DNA from: Dehalococcoidia bacterium
GTDB lineage: Bacteria > Chloroflexota > Dehalococcoidia > Lucifugimonadales > QGNO01
Direction: 5' to 3'
Assembly: GCA_965261445.1 (NCBI GenBank)
Contig: CBDHCW010000025.1
Location: 13,870-77,869, forward strand
Length of the DNA: 64,000 nt
Shown here: one piece after another, positions 19,546-27,728 of the stretch
Position numbering within the stretch: position 1 is the first letter of the stretch
Layout: each line of letters starts with the position of its first letter
The notes under the pieces: generated by a model
The model's input: only the letters and a program-made list of their open reading frames with translations
Database searches by the model: none
What the model was told of the DNA's origin: nothing
Made by a program: the position numbers and the translations under genes

Positions 19546-20511
19546 ATGGTCACCTTGGTCACAGGCGGCAACGGTTTCGTTGCTTCTAACATAGTGAGAG
19601 TCCTCGCTGAGCGCGGCCACCGGGTGGTATCACTCGATATATCGGAGCCGGACGGCATGCTGAAGGCTTACTTGCGACCCTGGCATGACCGCATAACCTT
19701 CCACACGGCTGACGCCCTTGACATCGACGCCCTGGATGAGCTTGCCAGGGATCACTCCATCGACAAAGTCATTCACGCCGTTGCCTACACTCCGGGATCC
19801 CGCGGTCCCGTGGAACACGACTACAGTCGGAGCATAGTAGAGGTGAACGTCATGGGTACCGTCAACCTGCTTGACCTTGCCAGGCGGATATCCGTGCGGC
19901 GTTTTCTCTTCGTTAGTTCCGGCGCAGTCTATGAGGGAGTGACTGCGCCTAGGCCTCTGAATGAGGAGACGTTTGTCCACCCCAAAGCTCTCTATCGCAT
20001 CTCTAAATACGCCTGTGAGCGCATTGCGGAGCGGTATAGGGAGCTCCATGGTCTTGACACGGTGAGCGTCCGACTCGGCGGCCCATACGGCCCTATGGAG
20101 CGCATTACTGGCTACCGCGCCAATATGTCCCTCCTGCACGACTGGACAGGGAAGGCGGTGCGAGGTGAACCGATAGAGGTTATGCCTCAAGCGCCCGGCG
20201 ATTACACCTACGTTCTGGATATTGCGAGCGGCCTTGCCACCGTCCTGGATGCGCCCCGTTTGCCGCACAGGCTGTACAACCTGGCTAGAGGCGCCGCCAC
20301 CCCAACCAGCCGGGTTATCGATGCGTTCCGCAAGGCTTACCCCGATGCTGAATTCGTCGAGCCCATACCTCCGGACCCGGTCAGCGATGACACCCCGCAC
20401 ATGGACGTCTCCCGGATGAGAGAGGACTTCGGCTTTGAGGCCACCACGGATCTGCTGAGCGGACTGAAGGATTACTTCAAGTGGCGCGCTGAAAGCGGGT
20501 ATACGGGGTGA
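19546..20511 (+). CDS. NAD-dependent epimerase/dehydratase family protein
   Basis: VTGGNGFVASN Rossmann motif and YRISKYACE catalytic YxxxK. Confidence 0.8.
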   Translation: MVTLVTGGNGFVASNIVRVLAERGHRVVSLDISEPDGMLKAYLRPWHDRITFHTADALDIDALDELARDHSIDKVIHAVAYTPGSRGPVEHDYSRSIVEVNVMGTVNLLDLARRISVRRFLFVSSGAVYEGVTAPRPLNEETFVHPKALYRISKYACERIAERYRELHGLDTVSVRLGGPYGPMERITGYRANMSLLHDWTGKAVRGEPIEVMPQAPGDYTYVLDIASGLATVLDAPRLPHRLYNLARGAATPTSRVIDAFRKAYPDAEFVEPIPPDPVSDDTPHMDVSRMREDFGFEATTDLLSGLKDYFKWRAESGYTG

Positions 20512-20677
20512 TGTGGATGGCTGAGGATGTTGGTTACTCAGCAGAACAGAGGAGGACTTGAACGGCAAGACAGCTAATCGTCCTACCAGTCAGCAATCGG
20601 GACAACGTCCATATCTTTTGTTTATACCTTTGCCGTATCGTCAATACTAAGCACCGTTCTTACGAAAGGCGGACTGC

Positions 20678-21226
20678 CTAACGTTCTTTGTAAACGTTGC
20701 CCTCCCGGGCATCTTGCAATCTGCCACTTTTGGCTAGCTCTTCCGTTGCTGCTAAGTAGGCCACCCAAGACCGCGACCGCTCCCGATTGATAAGGTAACC
20801 AAAGTCAGGCACTTGTATGTCGAGTTCTATAAGTTGTCTTATCACCAAGTTTAACTCGACTATCAGCGCAGAGTGGTCGGATACTCTACTTAAGGAGGAG
20901 GACGACGGCGTTTCAACGTACTCAATCAGGTGGTGCTTGCACTGCCGTAGAGGACCTTCCAAAGCTCGAAATTTACGAACACTTGGGCCATTATGCAATA
21001 ATTCTATGCTTTTCCGGATTATCCATGGACTCACTTGCCCACCACCAAAGATAACACCGGCCAGAGCAATGTATGGCAACAATGCTGCACCTACTGGGAA
21101 GATAGAACTCACACTATCCTCCAGACGGGAACGCCCAGCAGGAAAATCAGCGAGAAAACCCAAGGACGTAATAAGAAGGACGAAGCCAGCCAATGTTGGG
21201 GGCAATTGGGTGCGAAGCCAACGCAT
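20678..21226 (-). CDS. Hypothetical two-TM membrane protein (orphan, lower GC)
   Basis: 182-aa ORF with two N-terminal hydrophobic helices and a ~110-aa soluble tail. I recognise no motif. It sits next to mobile-element debris. Confidence 0.45.
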   Translation of the reverse strand: MRWLRTQLPPTLAGFVLLITSLGFLADFPAGRSRLEDSVSSIFPVGAALLPYIALAGVIFGGGQVSPWIIRKSIELLHNGPSVRKFRALEGPLRQCKHHLIEYVETPSSSSLSRVSDHSALIVELNLVIRQLIELDIQVPDFGYLINRERSRSWVAYLAATEELAKSGRLQDAREGNVYKER

Positions 21227-21279
21227 CCACCGATGCTAAACCACCTACCATGTTGTGTCAAAGTGATGTCACCGAGAGG

Positions 21280-21324
21280 TCTTGCGTTAAGAAACATGGG
21301 CGACACTCTCATGTAGGATGTTCT
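21280..21324 (+). repeat. 45-nt IS-end-like motif (reverse-complement copy at 60261..60305)
   Basis: TCTTGCGTTAAGAAACATGGGCGACACTCTCATGTAGGATGTTCT matches the reverse complement of 60261..60305 with about 5 mismatches. Confidence 0.7.
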
Positions 21325-21344
21325 GGGTAGACATTCGCCGTGAG

Positions 21345-21690
21345 GTGCATTTGGCCCCCGTCGCGCCCCACACCACGTACTTTTGTCTGGGTCTCTGGTT
21401 CGAATTCCCACAACCAGCAACAAGGCGGAATTCATCCGAGTCAATCCGGCAGGAGCGCCGGAATCCAGTCGCGCTAGCACTGGACTGGCAGTAGCAACTT
21501 GACTTTGGCGAGTTCACCTTCAGAGCAGAGTTCGCACGTGAGCTGGTGTCACAAGGGCTCATGTCACACAAGTCCTGAGTTTGCTTCACTTCGTTCCAGA
21601 GGTGAGGTCATTGATTCTGAGCCTCGGTGACCCCATCAGGAGAAAGGCGTTGGGCATTCATACGCTGCGGTATCTGTTGCACCTTCCAGT
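21345..21690 (+). pseudogene. Degenerate HTH (ParB/Spo0J-like DNA-binding) gene remnant, copy 1
   Basis: Roughly 85% nucleotide identity to 40417..40749. Relative to copy 2 the reading frame is broken by an in-frame TAG and a frameshift inside the ELARELGVTRAHVTQVLSLL-equivalent segment. Confidence 0.6.
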
Positions 21691-21772
21691 GGACAAGCAG
21701 ATCGGCCGGATTAAGGAGTGTGTAGAACTGAGGACTCGACCGGAAGGAGGCAGGTCATCTCGGTTAGTGCCC

Positions 21773-22870
21773 TCAGGAGGATGCGCTGGGGGCTTCCTCA
21801 CTGAAGACGATCTTGCGAACCGGGTAGTTGATTTCGATGCCCTCCGCGGCGAACCTGGCGTGGAGCCGCTTGATGAGGTCGTTGCTCACCACAAACGAAC
21901 CAACGCGGTCTGTGGCCTGCAGGAATATCCAGAAATTCACGTTAGAGTCGCCAAAAGAGTCGAAGCCGAACCACGGTTCCATGCTCTTCACGGCTTCGGC
22001 GTTGTCGGCAATGACGCTCCGGGTCACCTCTAGCGACACTTCCTCAACCTGCTGCAGGTCGCTCGCATAGCTGACGCCGCCCGAGACGAGGATGTTGAGT
22101 GCTGGATCGGGCCCTTGATAGTTGGTAATGATCGTATCGGCCATGACCGAGTTCGGGATGATTACCAGGGTGTTCAACCAAGTCCTGATCTTCGTGGTGC
22201 GCCAGCCCACGTCAACCACGTACCCAGCCGACCCGCCTTGAAGTTCAATGTAGTCTCCCGATTTGATGGCCTGATCCGACATAACGTAGGTGCCGGCGAA
22301 GTAGTTCGTCAGCGTAGGCTGCAATGCCAGAGCGACTGCGAGCCCGGTGATACCGAGGCCACCGAGTAGCAGCCCTACGGAGTAGCCAAGGGTGTCGAGG
22401 ATGAGGACGAGCGCTAGGCCGTAGATGGCCACCCGCAGGAAGCGCCGGAGCAGTGGTAGGCTCCGGTCGTCGAAAGATGTCTCCGTCCGCGCCGCGATGT
22501 TGACCATGTACCAATTGAGAGTCGCGCCGCTAACAGCCGAGAGAGCGTGGGCGCCAATCAGGAGGGCGAGAATGGTGAACCCTTGTTGCACTTCGGTGCG
22601 CCACTGGTCCAGCTGTTCCACTAAGCCCATTCCGACATATGCGCCGAGAACGACCACGAAGGCCACGAGAGAGGTTCGAACGGATCTGAGGGTGACGCCT
22701 CCTATGCCATACGGGGTGCTCGTGTCCAGGCGAGCAGCTACAAATTTCACCACAAGCGCAACTGCCACAGCTACGGCGAACGACATAGCAAAGATGACTC
22801 CGCCAATGACCGCGCCTTCGTACCCGCTGTTGCTGAACGTTTCCCACCACATACGCGGCAATAGTACCAC
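21773..22870 (-). CDS. MscS-family mechanosensitive ion channel
   Basis: TM3 plus beta-domain signature AIKSGDYIEL...GYVVDVGWRTTKIRTWLNTLVIIPNS. Confidence 0.85.
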   Translation of the reverse strand: MVLLPRMWWETFSNSGYEGAVIGGVIFAMSFAVAVAVALVVKFVAARLDTSTPYGIGGVTLRSVRTSLVAFVVVLGAYVGMGLVEQLDQWRTEVQQGFTILALLIGAHALSAVSGATLNWYMVNIAARTETSFDDRSLPLLRRFLRVAIYGLALVLILDTLGYSVGLLLGGLGITGLAVALALQPTLTNYFAGTYVMSDQAIKSGDYIELQGGSAGYVVDVGWRTTKIRTWLNTLVIIPNSVMADTIITNYQGPDPALNILVSGGVSYASDLQQVEEVSLEVTRSVIADNAEAVKSMEPWFGFDSFGDSNVNFWIFLQATDRVGSFVVSNDLIKRLHARFAAEGIEINYPVRKIVFSEEAPSASS

Positions 22871-23000
22871 CGAATCGGCTCACTGTGGGAAACGTGGCGG
22901 GAGATTGTATATAATCACTTCATTGCAGGGGACCACGCTGTCTGTATAGTGCTCACAGAAGATGGGCAAGCAAGCCCTGCTGAACCGAGGTAGGAACTAC

Positions 23001-24152
23001 ATGAGGACAAGAGGTACATACGATGTAATCGTCATTGGTGTCGGGGGAATGGGTTCTGCGACGGTGTATGAGCTCGCAAGTCGTGGCATGCGTGTGCTGG
23101 GCCTCGAACGTTTCAGCATACCGAACGATTTAGGGTCGTCGCACGGCGTAAACCGAATTATCCGGATGGCCTACTTCGAGGAACCGTCCTACGTGCCGCT
23201 CCTGCGGCGCTCATACCAGCGCTGGCGTGAGCTGGAGGAGGTGAGCGGGGAGAAGCTGTTGCACATCACTGGTTCAGTGGACACTGGTCATGAGGACGGC
23301 AGAATCTTTGCCGGCTCCCTGCGGTCCTGCCGGGAGCATGACTTGCCGCACGAGGCGCTCACCAGTGCCGAGTTGACTCGGCGCTTCCCGGGATTCCGCT
23401 TCCCGGAGAACTGGATGGGGGTATACCAGCCCGACGGCGGGTTCGTGCTTTCGGAGCGGTGCATAGTCAACCATGTCTTCGCAGCACTGGAGCGCGGCGG
23501 CGAAGTGAGGGCCCATGAGGCGGTGCGGGAATGGAGCAGCGCTGGGGGCACCGTGAGAGTAGAGACCAACCGCGGACTATACGAGGCAGGGGCGCTGGTC
23601 ATTACGGCCGGCGCCTGGGCGGGGCCGCTATTGCCGTCGTTGAGCCACCTGTTGGTACCTGAACGTCAGGTCCTCGGCTGGTTCCAGCCGCTACGCCCGC
23701 ATCTCTTTGCGCTTGGCAACTGCCCGGTGGTGATCGGCGAGTTCGAGGAAGGGCATTACTACACCCTCCCCGTATTCGGCATCCCGGGGTTCAAGATCGG
23801 CAAGTACCACCACCTGTATGATGCGACGACCGCCGACGGCTTAGAGAGGGACTTTCGGGATGAGGATGAGGCTGTGTTGCGGAAGGGTTTGGCACGCTAC
23901 TTTCCTGATGCAAACGGGCCGACGCTCTCTCTCAAGCCCTGCATGTTCACCAATACCCCCGACGGGCACTTCATCATCGATGCGTTGCCCGGGTCTGCTA
24001 ACGTCTTCTTTGCTGCCGGGTTCTCTGGTCACGGATTCAAGTTCTGCAGCGTTATGGGCGAGATCATGGCCGACCTGGCCACAAGAGGAGAGACGGGCCA
24101 TGACATCTCGTTCCTACGCCTTAGCCGCTTCGATCTCCACGCTGACCCATAG
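23001..24152 (+). CDS. Monomeric sarcosine oxidase / N-methyl-L-tryptophan oxidase family flavoprotein
   Basis: YDVIVIGVGGMGSA FAD-binding motif and a C-terminal GFSGHGFKF segment. The start is taken at the internal Met of the 22962 ORF. Confidence 0.8.
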   Translation: MRTRGTYDVIVIGVGGMGSATVYELASRGMRVLGLERFSIPNDLGSSHGVNRIIRMAYFEEPSYVPLLRRSYQRWRELEEVSGEKLLHITGSVDTGHEDGRIFAGSLRSCREHDLPHEALTSAELTRRFPGFRFPENWMGVYQPDGGFVLSERCIVNHVFAALERGGEVRAHEAVREWSSAGGTVRVETNRGLYEAGALVITAGAWAGPLLPSLSHLLVPERQVLGWFQPLRPHLFALGNCPVVIGEFEEGHYYTLPVFGIPGFKIGKYHHLYDATTADGLERDFRDEDEAVLRKGLARYFPDANGPTLSLKPCMFTNTPDGHFIIDALPGSANVFFAAGFSGHGFKFCSVMGEIMADLATRGETGHDISFLRLSRFDLHADP

Positions 24153-24300
24153 CCGCCCTAAGTCTTCCGTTCAAACGGCATCATGCGTCTGCCGGTCACG
24201 GGATCCTTATCCTCGTGACCAAGGGACGCAGGAGTAGGGTGATAGAATGAGAGACGGAGTATAGCTTGGATGAGTAACTTGATACGAAGAACTAGAGCAA

Positions 24301-25239
24301 ATGATAAGTATTGCCAAAGAATTCTATGTGGCGGAATTGAAAGTGCCATCGTATTGGTATCTGGGCAGGGAGATAAACGGTGAAATTCCCGAACCTGCTG
24401 GCTTTGAGATAAACAGAGGATATTGGGTACTCCGCCCCCAAAAGGAACAACCTGAGTTTGATTTGATTGTTGAGTTCGGCTCTGCAACTCTCAAAGATGC
24501 TGAAGACCACGCTTTGAAGGTGGGCAGGATACTTAGTTCCATAGCTTCGGCACATGGAGGGTATCCAAGTGGGGCACCGAAACTCCAACGTGTTGCCTCC
24601 ATAGATCGTGACGGATACCTGAAGTCTCAACACCAATACTGGTACGGTGACAACTCACAAAAGCTCTGGCCCTATGATGGACACGCGAAGCAAGCGTTTC
24701 TAAGAAATCTCGAAATCATCTCTTTGATGGATCATAAAGAGAGATACAAACTACTTGCAGCAATTCACTGGTACGGAATATCCATAAGCACCGATGATCC
24801 AACAGTCAGTTACGTTGCTGCATGGACAGGACTTGAGGTCATTGGTGTAGTTATAAACAGCATATTTCATCCCAACGGACATAAAGCTCCCTGCCAGATT
24901 TGCAAAAATAAAGCAGGCAAAGACAGAGATCGTAAAATGGCCGGTATTGAACACGCATTCGGTTATCTCGCAAGGGAGTCTTTGCCTGGGTCTCCTTCGG
25001 AAGGAAATAGGAAGCTAATTGCAGACGATCTAATCAAGGGTTTCGCGGCTGAAGAAGCTGGCAAGTTGCGTAATTCTGTTGTTCATGGTCTGGAAGAATT
25101 TGAAGTGCTCCTAGAGAAATGTTCGGAGGTCAGACGGCACCTGATTCACATTCTCAACGTCTCAATTCTAACCGCAATGGCCTCATCAGCTTCCGCAAGG
25201 GTAACTGAGGTGGACCCCAAAATTCGGACAGGTGGCTAA
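24301..25239 (+). CDS. HEPN-like (Rx4H motif) protein whose 3' end is replaced by IS3 copy 2
   Basis: The KLRNSVVHG segment fits the Rx4H HEPN motif within a predicted helical C-terminal half. The last 11 codons and the stop come from the IS end. The region has low GC. Confidence 0.5.
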   Translation: MISIAKEFYVAELKVPSYWYLGREINGEIPEPAGFEINRGYWVLRPQKEQPEFDLIVEFGSATLKDAEDHALKVGRILSSIASAHGGYPSGAPKLQRVASIDRDGYLKSQHQYWYGDNSQKLWPYDGHAKQAFLRNLEIISLMDHKERYKLLAAIHWYGISISTDDPTVSYVAAWTGLEVIGVVINSIFHPNGHKAPCQICKNKAGKDRDRKMAGIEHAFGYLARESLPGSPSEGNRKLIADDLIKGFAAEEAGKLRNSVVHGLEEFEVLLEKCSEVRRHLIHILNVSILTAMASSASARVTEVDPKIRTGG

Positions 25240-25284
25240 GAGAGAGTCCCGCTCCTAAAATAGGACGGAAACAAGGAGCAGGAC

Positions 25285-25569
25285 ATGAAGCAAACACGTA
25301 AGAAGCACAGCCCAGTCTTCAAGGCCAAAGTGGCTTTGGCCGCGCTCCAGGGGGAGCACACCATTGCAGAGCTGGCCAGCCGGTTTGAAGTCCACCCGAG
25401 CCAGATCCATGCCTGGAAGAAGGCCTTGATTCAGGGGGCGCCGCACCTCTTTGAAAATGGTGCTGGACGCCAGGAGAAGGACCAAGAGGTCCTCACTGCC
25501 CAGCTCTACCAACAGATTGGGCAGCTCAAGGTGGAACGGGATTTTTTGTCACGGAGCTTCGGGTTGTGA
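25285..25569 (+). CDS. IS3-family transposase OrfA
   Basis: Identical in translation to the copy 1 OrfA. Confidence 0.9.
   Translation: MKQTRKKHSPVFKAKVALAALQGEHTIAELASRFEVHPSQIHAWKKALIQGAPHLFENGAGRQEKDQEVLTAQLYQQIGQLKVERDFLSRSFGL
25542..25548 (+). promoter_or_regulatory. Candidate -1 programmed ribosomal frameshift heptamer T TTT TTG (orfA to orfB)
   Basis: X XXY YYZ pattern in the orfA zero frame (gaT TTT TTG), 19 nt before the orfA stop. The -1 frame is open into orfB. The equivalent site in copy 1 is at 14072-14078. Confidence 0.5.
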
Positions 25570-26501
25570 GCCGGTCCCAACGCCGGGCCATGATTGACCG
25601 AGAAGAACCGAAGCTGTCTCTGGTGCGCCAGTGCGCCTTGCTGGGTATCAGCCGCTCCTCGTTGTACTACCTGCCAACCGAGGCCGGCGCCGAGGACTTG
25701 GAGTTGATGGCCCGCATAGATCAACAGTACCTGAAGACACCTTTCTACGGCTCCAGAAGGATGACTGCCTGGCTCAGAAATCACGGACACCAGGTCAACC
25801 GCAAGCGGGTCCGCCGGCTGATGCAGCTGATAGGCCTGGAGGCCATCTACCGGCGTCCCAACACCAGCAAGCCAAACCCAGGGCATAAGGTCTATCCGTA
25901 CTTGCTCAGGGGGCTGGAGATCAACCGGGTCAACCAGGTGTGGGCCACCGACATCACCTACATACCCATGGCTCGGGGTTTCCTCTACTTGGTGGCCATC
26001 ATGGACTGGCACAGCCGCTACGTGCTGGCTTGGCGGCTGTCCAACACCCTGGAGGTAGACTTCTGTGTTGCGGCTCTGGAAGAGGCCCTGAGCAAGGGTC
26101 GGCCACAGATCTTCAACACCGACCAGGGCAGCCAGTTCACCAGCGAGGCCTTCACCAGCATGCTGCTGGCGCAAGGCGTTCAAGTGAGCATGGACGGCAG
26201 GGGCCGGTGTATGGACAACGTCTTCGTGGAACGGCTGTGGCGCAGCATCAAGTACGAGGAGGTGTACCTGAAGGCATACCAAAATGGGACTGAGGCCAGA
26301 AAGGGGATTGGGGCTTATCTGGCCTTCTACAACCAAGAGCGGCCCCATCAAGCCCTGGGCTATCGGTCACCGGGTCAGGTGTTCCAAGCAGTGAGCCCAC
26401 AAAGGTGTTTACTGGAACATCCACGAGCCTTACCATCGGATGAAGGTTTACGAGACACCCCAGCGGTAGACTCTCTTATTTTAGCCTCACCGCTGTCCTG
26501 A
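25566..26501 (+). CDS. IS3-family transposase OrfB (DDE)
   Basis: 311 aa, with 2 amino-acid differences from copy 1. Confidence 0.9.
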   Translation: MSRSQRRAMIDREEPKLSLVRQCALLGISRSSLYYLPTEAGAEDLELMARIDQQYLKTPFYGSRRMTAWLRNHGHQVNRKRVRRLMQLIGLEAIYRRPNTSKPNPGHKVYPYLLRGLEINRVNQVWATDITYIPMARGFLYLVAIMDWHSRYVLAWRLSNTLEVDFCVAALEEALSKGRPQIFNTDQGSQFTSEAFTSMLLAQGVQVSMDGRGRCMDNVFVERLWRSIKYEEVYLKAYQNGTEARKGIGAYLAFYNQERPHQALGYRSPGQVFQAVSPQRCLLEHPRALPSDEGLRDTPAVDSLILASPLS

Positions 26502-26582
26502 TGATGGGGTCCACCTGAAACGGGGCATTACGAATTCCATCCAGATGGACGCGTCTCCCTCAAGTTCAGCCGATATCTCCGA

Positions 26583-26906
26583 ATGTCACTCTTCCTCAAC
26601 GAGTGGATAGGGGGGTTCCAACATCTGTCTGAACCAGATGTTTATAATAACGATGGATCATTTGTAGCAACTGGCGGAGTTGAATGGCGTGTACCTGAAG
26701 AGATATCCAAGCTCATTGAGTCCAGCAGCTCAGAAAAATTCAGAAGGGATCTAGATATCGTCAGTTTAGAAGACGACTCTGTGATCACTGGTTTAGAAGA
26801 CGACTCTGTGATCACTGAATGTGCAACATGGCATAACAGGCCTCCGGAACCTGAATGGGAAAATCCTCTAGAGTGGATTGTTGAACATCCTCCACTTCAC
26901 AACTGA
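26583..26906 (+). CDS. Hypothetical acidic small protein containing a perfect 9-aa duplication
   Basis: 107-aa ORF in the low-GC islet, with LEDDSVITG/LEDDSVITE encoded by a 27-bp tandem duplication. I recognise no family. Confidence 0.3.
   Translation: MSLFLNEWIGGFQHLSEPDVYNNDGSFVATGGVEWRVPEEISKLIESSSSEKFRRDLDIVSLEDDSVITGLEDDSVITECATWHNRPPEPEWENPLEWIVEHPPLHN
26764..26817 (+). repeat. Perfect 27-bp tandem duplication (2 copies)
   Basis: gtttagaagacgactctgtgatcactg occurs at 26764-26790 and again at 26791-26817. Confidence 0.95.
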
Positions 26907-26928
26907 TCCACGCTGCTGACCAGCCTGA

Positions 26929-27426
26929 AGAAGATGCTGGGTATCTCCGCCCGGGCCGTGGGACGTGAAGCCGACACCGACGGGACGCATTGTGCTGGAC
27001 CTCATTAGAGGAAGGATGCCCGTTGCAATTGGGGTGCACCTCAACCTGGTAGACGTGGAGGACGTGGTCCAAGGCCACATCGCCGCATGGCGGCGCGGAG
27101 GCACAGGAGAGCGCTATCTGCTGGGCAACTGGAACACCACGCTGCCGGAGGCGTTGTCCGTACTGAGCGAGATCACCGGTCGACGCTCGCCGCAATTGAA
27201 GGCGCCGTTCCCGCTTGTGCTTGCGGCGGCCTACGTGGACGAACTGCTGGAGGGCGTGATCTTGCGCCGACAGCCGTACATTCCGTTGGAGGCTGCGCTG
27301 CTCGCGCGGCACAGAATGGCGGTTGACTGCACAAAGGCGGTCTCTGAGCTGAGGCTTCCCCAAAGTTCCATCGTGGAGGCTCTGGGAAAATCGGTGCGCT
27401 GGTTTCAGGACCACGGCTACGTATGA
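26929..27426 (+). pseudogene. 5'-truncated NAD-dependent epimerase (HpnA/dihydroflavonol-reductase-like), C-terminal half only
   Basis: PTPTGRIVLDLIRGRMP...LNLVDVEDVVQGH...GERYLLG matches the substrate-binding half of extended SDR epimerases. The Rossmann half is missing. The homology begins where GC content rises again. Confidence 0.65.
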
Positions 27427-27728
27427 GCTGAGGCAAGACCTGTGGCGAAAACGGGAGAGTTCAAGGCTTTCAAGGACTGCGCCGTGTTTGTGCGTGGGCG
27501 GGCATCAGTCAGGGAGTGAAGCGAAGCCTTATCCCTACGCCATGTAGCCGTCTAATCCCTCCCCAAGTCTTCGCTTTGGCCAGCATAGCAGTTCCCAGTC
27601 GGTAATCAGGCCAAGGCATGCTCAGCAACTCAGCTACAGCAGTCAACGTAGCGCGCCACGACGGAACCAGCGTGCCCGTTGCAACGCGAGCAGAATCGGT
27701 GAATAATTAGACGGCCCCGCAATCCCCT

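Larger units (their letters stand above)
25206..26518 (+). mobile_element. IS3-family insertion sequence, copy 2 (1313 bp)
   Basis: Same inverted repeats as copy 1. A 3-bp AAC direct repeat flanks it at 25203-25205 and 26519-26521. It differs from copy 1 by only a handful of substitutions. Confidence 0.9.

Noticed and set aside
21395-21420. tRNA-like T-loop strings: ggttcgaattcc here, ggttcaaactcc at ~40465 and gttcgagtc at ~47775. These might mark tRNA-derived att sites.
   Set aside because: The flanking bases do not form a 5-bp T stem or an acceptor stem, and they do not match the 3' end of the tRNA-Asn in the window.
13102-26518. Composite transposon formed by the two IS3 copies.
   Set aside because: Each copy has its own matching 3-bp target duplication (CTG/CTG and AAC/AAC). 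A composite element that moved as a unit would share one duplication at its outer ends only. The enclosed genes are ordinary backbone genes with backbone GC.
26764-26817. CRISPR-like array.
   Set aside because: There are only two adjacent copies with no spacer between them, they lie inside an ORF, and there are no cas genes. It is a simple tandem duplication. No other regularly spaced repeats were seen in the window.
27427-27728. Possible TPP riboswitch upstream of tenA.
   Set aside because: No CUGAGA / ACCUGAUCUGGAUAAUGCCAGCG-type core is recognisable. The region looks like REP-like filler. It would need a covariance-model scan to exclude formally.
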